Position numbers and translations under genes: made by a program. Shown here in pieces: positions 1 through 7,252 of a DNA stretch of 32,000 bases (positions are counted from its first letter, which is position 1; each line of letters begins with the position of its first letter). The DNA comes from Acaryochloris marina MBIC11017 (lineage in GTDB: Bacteria; Cyanobacteriota; Cyanobacteriia; Thermosynechococcales; Thermosynechococcaceae). The notes below the pieces were generated by a model that was not told the DNA's origin, did not search any database, and saw nothing but the letters and a program-made list of their open reading frames with translations. The stretch lies in contig NC_009925.1 in NCBI RefSeq assembly GCF_000018105.1, positions 5,580,001 through 5,612,000 on the forward strand, written 5' to 3'.

Positions 1-42
1 TTTCGAACTACGGCAGCAGCATGACATAGAACAATACCCCCC

Positions 43-58
43 CGTGACAACTGTCACG
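43..58. promoter_or_regulatory. Perfect palindrome cGTGA-N6-TCACg, a candidate CRP/NtcA-family transcription factor site
   Basis: The sequence cgtgacaactgtcacg is a perfect 7+7 inverted repeat with a 2-nt centre, too tight to form an RNA hairpin. It matches the GTGA-N6-TCAC core of the CRP consensus TGTGA-N6-TCACA. A TAN3T-type -10 candidate (TAAATT) lies at 80-85, which puts the palindrome centre (50.5) 29.5 nt upstream, the spacing of a -41.5 class II site. Confidence 0.3.
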
Positions 59-180
59 TTCAGTCCCATTTCCTCCGCCTAAATTATAAATAACCAAGGA
101 CTCAAATCAAAGCAGGTAAAACAGCCCCTACATAGAGGATTCACGCTTTCTGCTTGAGTCACAGAAAGGAGTAATACATC

Positions 181-561
181 ATGTCTAAGTTCAATAAGAT
201 TTCTGCAAAAGCACTGGTAATGGCATCTGTGGCCGTAGGTGTTCAAGCGGTCAGTACCTTTGGTGCATTTGCTGGCCCTGCCCTCTTTTATCGCTACGGC
301 ACGGTTCGACTCAATCAGCGGGATTGTATGCGCAGGGCTTCTGTTTCCCTAAGACGAGAAGGTCTCAATGTCCGGAGGCCAGAAGTGAATATCAACAATA
401 CCCCGTTTATCTTTGCTGACAATGAAGATTATTCTGCCATTATCGATTGTTCTCAGTTTGCCAAACGATATCGTGCCAATAAGCGTGTCACTGTGATGGT
501 CAGCGGTTATGGAAGAGGCGCAAATACCCTTTCCAGCGCATTGATTGACAACATGTACTAA
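181..561 (+). CDS. Hypothetical small exported protein (126 aa)
   Basis: ATG ORF with AAGGAG at 166-171, 9 nt upstream. The N-terminus MSKFNKISAKALVMASVAVGVQAVSTFGAFA has signal-peptide character. I recognise no family. Hairpin 586-625 lies downstream. Confidence 0.5.
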   Translation: MSKFNKISAKALVMASVAVGVQAVSTFGAFAGPALFYRYGTVRLNQRDCMRRASVSLRREGLNVRRPEVNINNTPFIFADNEDYSAIIDCSQFAKRYRANKRVTVMVSGYGRGANTLSSALIDNMY

Positions 562-585
562 CCCGAGCATTCTCAACATAAAAAT

Positions 586-625
586 TAAGGCCGGACTGGT
601 TCTTAATAGAGCTAGTCCGGCCTTA
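586..625. terminator. Bidirectional hairpin terminator between convergent genes
   Basis: A 12-bp perfect stem, taaggccggact (586-597) with agtccggcctta (614-625). On the minus strand it is followed by ATTTTTAT. It sits between the stop of ORF 181-561 (+) and the stop of the GH57 gene (-). Confidence 0.6.
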
Positions 626-647
626 TATGGTCGAAAGGGGAAAATTC

Positions 648-2132
648 CTACTTCAGTAAATCCTCTCCCCGTCGAAATAGTTCACGGGCATAGTCAGTCC
701 AAGTCCCTTGACCCCAATATCGGAAACAACTCGTCTCTACTAGGAGAACGTAAAGTAAAGCTTCCTGATAATCGGGCCGTTGAGTCGTACTTGGATCCGC
801 TTGAACGAGGGGATCATATTTCTGATGAAACATAGCGCTCAACTGGTTCATGGGTTCGAGAACATTCTCATATCCCTTCACCCAGCTCAAGTCATCCGTC
901 CAAGAGGCCCCATCCATATGGAATTGGTGATCGGTAGCTTGTAGCTCTTTAATTGCAGTTTCGACCTTCTCTGGGCTAACCGCATCGGTCCCAATCTTAT
1001 TCCAGATTTTATGTTGGCCTACAGCCTGGCAAGTGGGGTAATCGTCTGGATTCACACCCGCAGCATCCAATAGCTCTAAATACTCCGTACCATGGATGCC
1101 AGCGACCCCAGCCCCTTGATCTTTCAGCTCATGCCAAACGGGTTGGTAGTCCCGGGCGAATTCATTCATCATCACGCCCCCATTCTCACCATCGGCGATT
1201 TGGGTTACGCAGGAGGGTACTGAGATGCCTCCAATCTCTTGACGTCCCCGACCTTTAGCCTCGTGGTAAGGCTGCATTTGGGCAACCAACTTCGTATCAG
1301 ACCCTTGAGTTTTGATCAAAGCAGTAATGCTGATGGTCTCGCCTTTTGAATTGCGAGCCACGAGCTGATTAGGGATGTACTTATCGTCATGCCATAAGCC
1401 GGATCCGTCTAATCGCTCAACAGAATGCTCTTGCACCATCAACCAACGATAGCCACATTCCTTTAGGGCTTTAATGTATTCAAAAAGGGTATCAGGATGG
1501 TTGGGAAGATGCATCTCCGGGGGAGAGAAGCCTTTGACCCGCTTGAGAGCCTCATCTCCAAATAGGCTGGCAAAATACTGCTGCCAGGCTTGAATTTGCA
1601 ATTTCAAATCGGGGATTGGTGTGGAAGGAGCTACAGCATGACTCCACATGGTTCCCAACCATTCAACATAGGGTTGATACTGCGGATTGCAAGTCAGCTT
1701 TTTCAGGTTATCCAGAACATCGTCTCGTCCCATCTGTTGGAGTCCCCACAGGAGGTTGCCGGAGTAATCCAGCATGATTCGTGGGGAACAACCCGCACTC
1801 ACTAATTCAGGGATGAAATCACCCATGCGGCTGTAACACCAGGCAAACACTTCAGCGTTATGGTTATCGCCATCACCAGGGTTCTCAAACATATGCTGCA
1901 GATTGCTGATGAGCGCTCCTTGTGGGCCCGCTGGGATAGTGGGCTGATGCATATGGAGGGCACAAGCAAAACTGGAGTAGATGTTCTCTAACCGTAAATC
2001 GGTTGTGGGTAAGTAAATTGGATCAGAATGGTTGACTAGGGCTGCTAGTTCTGATTCCCGTCCCGCAAGATTGGGTAACAGAGACTGAAGATTATCTTGT
2101 TGTGAATGGGGCAATGGTGCAGTTGCAATCAT
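648..2132 (-). CDS. Glycoside hydrolase family 57 (alpha-glucan-active enzyme)
   Basis: 494-aa ORF. The N-terminal block FACALHMHQP matches the GH57 HxHQP signature. The block GFSPPEMHLP resembles the GH57 nucleophile region. Length is typical of cyanobacterial GH57 proteins. Confidence 0.8.
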   Translation of the reverse strand: MIATAPLPHSQQDNLQSLLPNLAGRESELAALVNHSDPIYLPTTDLRLENIYSSFACALHMHQPTIPAGPQGALISNLQHMFENPGDGDNHNAEVFAWCYSRMGDFIPELVSAGCSPRIMLDYSGNLLWGLQQMGRDDVLDNLKKLTCNPQYQPYVEWLGTMWSHAVAPSTPIPDLKLQIQAWQQYFASLFGDEALKRVKGFSPPEMHLPNHPDTLFEYIKALKECGYRWLMVQEHSVERLDGSGLWHDDKYIPNQLVARNSKGETISITALIKTQGSDTKLVAQMQPYHEAKGRGRQEIGGISVPSCVTQIADGENGGVMMNEFARDYQPVWHELKDQGAGVAGIHGTEYLELLDAAGVNPDDYPTCQAVGQHKIWNKIGTDAVSPEKVETAIKELQATDHQFHMDGASWTDDLSWVKGYENVLEPMNQLSAMFHQKYDPLVQADPSTTQRPDYQEALLYVLLVETSCFRYWGQGTWTDYARELFRRGEDLLK

Positions 2133-2740
2133 AAAGGCTTAATCCTTGCAATAGTGAGGATTTGGGTCAATCTGGAAGATTTTCCTGTCAGATGATAGAT
2201 CACTCTTTCAGGAAATATGTTTAAGCTCTGATAAATTCTACAAATTATTGTCAGGATTCTGAATCGAATGAATTCCTACACCAGGATCTGACTCCTCATC
2301 GATATTGGGTGATTTTGCTTCTAAGTGGAGTATAGGATTGGGAAATTGTTGCGATATATAGCATTAAGGTGATGCTAGCGTTCAAATATTTAATGGTGCT
2401 TCTTAATTACAACTATTCTCTCGATAATATGTAATTAAAATTATGAATACAACGATATTTGATATTAGAAAATAATTTCAAGCTTTATTCTTAAACTAAT
2501 TTTTTGCATAAAAATTAGATTCATTGCTGATATAGCTTATGAAACCACCCATTATCTAATCCACATTCTGGTCAAAATAGCCAAAAACTTCATCCATACT
2601 AATGGTAGTAGTTCCATGGCTTAACAATAAATTTAAATTCTAAGGAGAGGGACTTCTTTTTGCCGTTGTGGGAAAGGTGGGGCTTGAGGTTTGAGCTAAT
2701 AGGTTTGATAACCTGTTGGCTGTCCTGAAAATCAAATTTG

Positions 2741-3595
2741 ATGAGGGTTTTCATGCAATCAACATTTAAATTTTTACCATTGCAATTTAGTTGGGTTGCG
2801 ATCCATCCAAGGCCTGTTGGGGTTGTTCAATTTATTGGAGGCGCTTTTTTTGGCTCATTCCCCACCATCTTCTACCGATTTCTCCTACAAAAGATCTATG
2901 ACCAGGGATATACGATTATTGCTTTGCCCTATCGATTTACATTTCGCCACTGGTCTGTCGCCATTGGACTAGTTCGTGAGCAAAGAGCCCTCCGTCTAGC
3001 CATTCTAGAAGAGGCAAAACGGCGGAACTATGATTATAAAATTTATGAAGAGAATCCCAAATCAGCAACTAAGAATTATTTCTGGTTAGGACATAGTTTA
3101 GGAAATAAATATATAGCTTTACTTGAATTGCTAACGGATCTAGAAACTAAGTCTGAAAAAGAGATTTTAGGAAACTGTGTTGGTCTCGATCAGTATCAGG
3201 AACTTGAAGATCGCCTAAAAGGAGTTGATTTTAAAGATATTTCTCTCTTGAATCAGCCTTCTATATTGATGGCTCCAGCTATTACAGGCATTGAAAGTGC
3301 GATACCTGTTAAAGCAGTCGCAGATTTTGTGAAACGCCTGGGGTTAGATGTTAAACCTAGTGTGGAAGAGACTCATTGCCTTATTAAGGGAAGTCAGTTA
3401 TTTGGATTGATGGGTTTAATCTCATTTACGAAAGATAAAATTGCTGAAGATACTGTAGATTGGTTGAAACAGAATTTACCCCACAAGCCTGCCCAGATGG
3501 CTGAATTACCTGGCGAGCATTTGACACCGATGGGGTTTCGGCTGGGCGATTCAGTACTAGTCGAAACTGTCTTGAAATTCCTAAAAGCGCTTTAA
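2741..3595 (+). CDS. DUF1350-like alpha/beta-hydrolase-fold protein
   Basis: The ORF opens at TTG 2738, with in-frame ATGs at 2741 and 2753. FIGGAFFGSFPTIFYRFLL resembles the DUF1350 family of cyanobacteria and plastids (from memory). A GHSLG nucleophile-elbow motif (GxSxG) is present. Confidence 0.65.
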   Translation: MRVFMQSTFKFLPLQFSWVAIHPRPVGVVQFIGGAFFGSFPTIFYRFLLQKIYDQGYTIIALPYRFTFRHWSVAIGLVREQRALRLAILEEAKRRNYDYKIYEENPKSATKNYFWLGHSLGNKYIALLELLTDLETKSEKEILGNCVGLDQYQELEDRLKGVDFKDISLLNQPSILMAPAITGIESAIPVKAVADFVKRLGLDVKPSVEETHCLIKGSQLFGLMGLISFTKDKIAEDTVDWLKQNLPHKPAQMAELPGEHLTPMGFRLGDSVLVETVLKFLKAL

Positions 3596-3656
3596 TCAGC
3601 ACCTGGCGCTGTTGAAACACTATCAAAGGATAGTGCAGTGCTTAGCCTTATTGACG

Positions 3657-3684
3657 GCTCAAGGTAATTTCATTTTCCTTGAGC
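3657..3684 (+). terminator. Hairpin downstream of the DUF1350-like gene
   Basis: An 8-bp stem, gctcaagg (3657-3664) with ccttgagc (3677-3684), has a 12-nt loop and is followed by TGTTTAGG. A smaller hairpin cactatc/gatagtg lies at 3618-3635. Confidence 0.4.
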
Positions 3685-3789
3685 TGTTTAGGTATATTCA
3701 AACGATGACATTATTGATGCTTTTCAGGCCTATGTGTTGAGTTGTTATCAATTAGGATCAATTTAGAAATGCCTTACTCGATATCTTTT

Positions 3790-4087
3790 TCAGCGACAAT
3801 GACGCTTAAACTTCACGATCTTACGTTCATGGCGGTAGGTAAAAATTGGGCGTCGAAAACATACCCATTTTTTATGCCAACGCCAACGAACCCGACGAAA
3901 TTTTCGTCTTCTTTGCCTGTGACCATGTGCTACTAATGAACTGTTCTTCTGTTCAAGAGCTTCGGATTGTTGCCCAACCTCAGGGGTAGTAAGCATTAGC
4001 TTGAGGAATAGCGAGTGTGGTTGTAGTTACTGCTATTAGTCCTAGTATTGTAACTTTAATTGTCTTTAGAAAAGTGAATTCCTCCAA
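3790..4087 (-). pseudogene. Possible frameshifted small secreted-peptide gene (signal peptide in one frame, Arg/Trp/His-rich basic ORF in another)
   Basis: Hand translation of the minus strand. A 35-codon frame, 4087..3980 with a TTG start, reads MEEFTFLKTIKVTILGLIAVTTTTLAIPQANAYYP*, a convincing signal peptide ending in AxA. ORF 3996..3790 overlaps it in another frame and encodes a 68-aa very basic peptide (..HGHRQRRRKFRRVRWRWHKKW..). A single indel near 3985-3996 would join the two. Confidence 0.3.
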
Positions 4088-4933
4088 CAGAAAAATCTAA
4101 TGAGAACGTTGAATGATGTGCTAGGTATATATCAGATTAAGCCGCAATAAATTCTCTCTGTTTTTATTAATTTAAGAGCTAAAAAATTGCTTTTAATCTG
4201 ATTATTTATCTTCTAGTAGCTTATCGGCTAAGGCCAATAATTCATCCAGCCTAGATCACATCAACAACGTGGTTTTTCTGTGTTCTAGCATGATCTTTAG
4301 CCGGGATATTGTTTGTTAGTATTATGTATCTCTAGAGTTATTTTCTATAAATGCTTAGAGATGTTGGTTGGCATTTTTTACTTGTGATGTTTATATTTTT
4401 AATTCTTCTCTTAAGGCTATTGCCTTTATTCTTTATTAAGGATTTGGATGGCCTATTGGATATATCGATGACCATTTGGACTATGAATTTATTAAAAAAG
4501 GGATGTTTTTTGAAGTTTGTTTCATTTGAATTTTATTCTTTTTTGAATTTTCTGATATAAATATTGATATTGAACAAGGGGATTGATGAGTTGATTAAAA
4601 AAGTTTTTTTAAGGTTGGTTTTTGAAGTGAGTATATGCCAAATACATTAAAATGACACTTGAGAATATTTTTAATGAATACTCATGCCAAGGTCTTTGTT
4701 TGGTATGAAAAAAATATACATCTTCTGAGCTAGACTAAAGTTCAGTCGATCTACCTTCACTTTTTACCTGGGACCTAGAACTTTGGTACTACTCCCATCC
4801 GGTTCTTTAGATCCATAACAATTTGGGAAATGCGATCCTATCGGTCATAGAGGTGCTTTTCTTATGATTAGAGTGTTGGGAGTACTAATGCACACACATC
4901 CACCCAACATCTCCAAACAAGAGGTTTTCTAGT

Positions 4934-5455
4934 ATGAAATTTCGTGCTGTTTATTTACTGGCTGCTTTACCACTATTAATCCCCATAGGGAATGGTTTGA
5001 ATATTGCGACCGAATCCTTGTTTCCTAGCTACGCAATTGCACAAGAGACAACTGAAAAACCAAATAAGGAAGAGTTCAAAAAACGTCGACGAGAGCAGTT
5101 CCGTCAGCAACTGAATCTCAGCCCAGAGCAAGCCGCAGAAATTGATCAGATTCGAGAGCAGAATAAACAGGATAAGCAAGCAAAACGAGAAGCCTTGCGA
5201 GCTGCTAGAGACAAAATGCAGACCTTGATGGGTAGTGATGCAACTGATGATGAATTGAGAGCACAACATCGAGTTTTACAAGACTTGCGCCGTGACATGG
5301 GTGAAGCCCGATTTGAAACCAAACTAAAGATTCGACAAGTTCTCACACCTGAGCAACGAACTAAAATGGCAGAGTTCAAGAAGCAAAGAAAAGGCCGTTG
5401 GGGGCGCCGCCATGGTCGTCGACATCATAGACCAGGAAGTGCTCAAGGGGAATAG
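4934..5455 (+). CDS. Spy/CpxP-family (LTXXQ motif) periplasmic protein with Arg/His-rich tail
   Basis: It has a signal peptide, MKFRAVYLLAALPLLIPIG. Two LTXXQ-type motifs are present (LSPEQAAEI and LTPEQRTKM) in a charged helical sequence. The C-terminal tail is RKGRWGRRHGRRHHRPG. AAGAGG lies upstream of the ATG. Confidence 0.75.
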   Translation: MKFRAVYLLAALPLLIPIGNGLNIATESLFPSYAIAQETTEKPNKEEFKKRRREQFRQQLNLSPEQAAEIDQIREQNKQDKQAKREALRAARDKMQTLMGSDATDDELRAQHRVLQDLRRDMGEARFETKLKIRQVLTPEQRTKMAEFKKQRKGRWGRRHGRRHHRPGSAQGE

Positions 5456-5471
5456 TGCCACAAGCACTACC

Positions 5472-5522
5472 CCAATAACCATAATTCCTAACCCAAAGCA
5501 GATTTGGAATTATGGTTATTGG
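5472..5522 (+). terminator. Perfect 17-bp hairpin downstream of the Spy-like gene
   Basis: The arms ccaataaccataattcc (5472-5488) and ggaattatggttattgg (5506-5522) are perfectly complementary, with a 17-nt loop. It begins 16 nt after the stop. There is no U-tract (followed by AAAGATAA). Confidence 0.5.
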
Positions 5523-5675
5523 AAAGATAATAAATTCACTTACCCCTCAAAACCCTAGCTAGTGTGGTTTGGTGCCTCGAATATAGTATCGAATGGCTTC
5601 CCTATCTCCTAAACTATTCACTATGGAGTATCAAATTAAAAAACTAAGCAGAAATATCCTTTGTGTTGTTCCTCC

Positions 5676-5751
5676 TCCGAGTAAACCACTAGAACCTATC
5701 AGTGATTCGGGCTTGGACTAAGTATGATCGCTATCCGGGTAAACCACTAGA
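5676..5751 (+). repeat. Two 18-nt direct repeats, TCCGrGTAAACCACTAGA, 58 nt apart
   Basis: TCCGAGTAAACCACTAGA at 5676-5693 and TCCGGGTAAACCACTAGA at 5734-5751 differ at one position. They lie in the spacer upstream of ORF 5853-6077. Confidence 0.8.
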
Positions 5752-5852
5752 GTTTTGGGCCACCTCGCATAACAAATCCGTGATAACTCTGTTTCGCTCC
5801 CAATTACTTTGGCAGATGATAAAAGAGAACTCAGGAAAAAAGCGGGGAGATC

Positions 5853-6077
5853 ATGTTAACCAGCCTGTTAGCCGAAGCATTAGCAGTTACCTTTGATAAC
5901 TTGACCATGACAGCTACAATCCTAGATTGTGCAGAAGAAGCTGCAGAAGATTTAAGTCCAGAAGCACGGCAGAGATTAGCGCTGGTTCATACTGGCCTTG
6001 CAATGGCTATTCAAGGAATGGAATGTGATGAACTACAACAGTTAATCAAGCAATCTGAACTATTTTGCGACTATTAA
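5853..6077 (+). CDS. Hypothetical small acidic protein (74 aa)
   Basis: ATG ORF with GGGGAG just upstream. The composition is balanced and acidic, unlike the surrounding AT-rich junk ORFs. I recognise no family. Confidence 0.35.
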   Translation: MLTSLLAEALAVTFDNLTMTATILDCAEEAAEDLSPEARQRLALVHTGLAMAIQGMECDELQQLIKQSELFCDY

Positions 6078-6351
6078 TAACACCTCGTGTTAGTAGGTTG
6101 AAGAATCAAATGAGTAGTAGATTCGTTGATCTTCCTCTAAATTCGCAAACTCCTCTAATAACTTGGATAAAAAATTAAGGGTGAGTTTGATCGAAGCTTG
6201 GCCAGAGCCTTAACAAGGTATTGCATCGAAGGTTCAATATAAGGCCAAGTTATTGAAGATACTCGACTTCAGCCGTTTTCACTAGTACCGAGCTGGTAAA
6301 ATCAAAAAATTATTCAAAGAGCGAGAAAATTCTCCTTCACAACAGAAAATC

Positions 6352-6387
6352 TGTAACAATTATTAAAGTTTAAGAATAGTTGTTACA
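6352..6387 (+). promoter_or_regulatory. Inverted repeat TGTAACAA-N20-TTGTTACA abutting the permease start codon
   Basis: The 8-nt arms are at 6352-6359 and 6380-6387. The right arm ends 2 nt before ATG 6390. This could be an operator or a structure occluding the translation-initiation region. Confidence 0.25.
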
Positions 6388-6389
6388 CA

Positions 6390-7208
6390 ATGCCCCAAAA
6401 ACTAGATTTATCTCTAAGCCATAATTGTTCGTTTCCCCTTGTCCAAGAGATATGGTTTGACAGCTTAACCATTTTTTGGGGGGAATGGCTAGATTTGCGT
6501 GTAAGGGTCAAGCAAATCATTGCCTCTGGTATGGTTTCTCCGATCATCTACATTTTGGCTTTCGGGTTGGGCTTAGGGAATTCTTTAGGCAAACCAACTG
6601 TGGGGGATACCTATCTGGAGTTTATCCTGCCAGGTATGATTGCCCTTTCGTCGATGACGATTTGTTTTGCTGGTACTACTTTCTCTATTTGTGGCGATAG
6701 GTTGTATAGCAAAACCTTTGAAGAGCTTTTGTTGCTGCCCATACATCCTTTAGCCCTCTATCTTGGGAAAGTCATGGCTGGTGTTGCACGAGGATTGCTA
6801 ACATCATCGGCCGTGATCGTAATCGCGATTCTTAGTACAGGTAAGATATTCGGCTTTTTGAATCCGCTGTTCTTGCTCTTGCTGATCTTAAACTGCTCGG
6901 TGTTTGCTGGACTAGGTGTTATTGCAGGTCTAAACGTATCCTCAATCGAAAGCGTTGGGCTCTATAACAATTTTCTGATCGTACCAATGTCATTTTTAGG
7001 GGGAACTTTCTTTGACCCGAGTAGTTTGCCAATATACTTTAAGGCACTTCTTTACGTTCTACCTTTAACCTACACTAGCCTAGGGTTAAGGGCTGCTGCC
7101 TATTTACCATTACAGCAATTCCCTTGGTTTACTCTACCCATCTTACTCAGTATGGCCTTGATCCTTGCCATAATTGGAGCTCACCAGTTCTCCAATCAAC
7201 AAGACTAA
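6390..7208 (+). CDS. ABC-2 type transporter permease
   Basis: 272 aa with about 6 hydrophobic spans and the layout typical of the ABC-2 family (cytoplasmic N-terminal segment, then PIIYILAFGLGLG..). No ATPase ORF lies adjacent. Confidence 0.75.
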   Translation: MPQKLDLSLSHNCSFPLVQEIWFDSLTIFWGEWLDLRVRVKQIIASGMVSPIIYILAFGLGLGNSLGKPTVGDTYLEFILPGMIALSSMTICFAGTTFSICGDRLYSKTFEELLLLPIHPLALYLGKVMAGVARGLLTSSAVIVIAILSTGKIFGFLNPLFLLLLILNCSVFAGLGVIAGLNVSSIESVGLYNNFLIVPMSFLGGTFFDPSSLPIYFKALLYVLPLTYTSLGLRAAAYLPLQQFPWFTLPILLSMALILAIIGAHQFSNQQD

Positions 7209-7252
7209 ACTGCGCTTTTGGGAAAAAATCCGTTTCGAGAATTTGTAATACT

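Noticed and set aside
1-80. TTCGAA-containing string at the window edge (minus strand ..CCGTAGTTCGAAA) that could be the T-loop of a truncated tRNA
   Set aside because: The adjoining minus-strand sequence has no D-arm (no AGC..GG..A) and no acceptor or anticodon stem geometry. The only strong pairing is the 7+7 palindrome with a 2-nt centre, which cannot form a tRNA arm.
545-835. 96-aa plus-strand ORF spanning the terminator hairpin and the GH57 3' end
   Set aside because: It reads through a strong terminator hairpin and overlaps the conserved GH57 C-terminus on the opposite strand. Its start lies inside the preceding ORF.
4351-4560. 69-aa hydrophobic ORF in the AT-rich stretch
   Set aside because: Its Phe, Leu and Ile richness is what T-rich DNA gives in any frame. 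It has no RBS, and its sequence is low-complexity. I kept it only as part of the AT-rich region finding.
4750-4790. TACCT...TACCT direct repeat upstream of the Spy-like gene, considered as an OmpR-type binding site
   Set aside because: The match is only 5 nt, and the 13-nt spacing does not fit the 10-11-nt periodicity of OmpR/PhoB boxes. It is easily explained by chance.
5702-5896. 64-aa GTG-initiated ORF overlapping the 18-nt repeat and the start of ORF 5853-6077
   Set aside because: It has a non-ATG start without an SD, overlaps a better ORF, and its composition is not protein-like.
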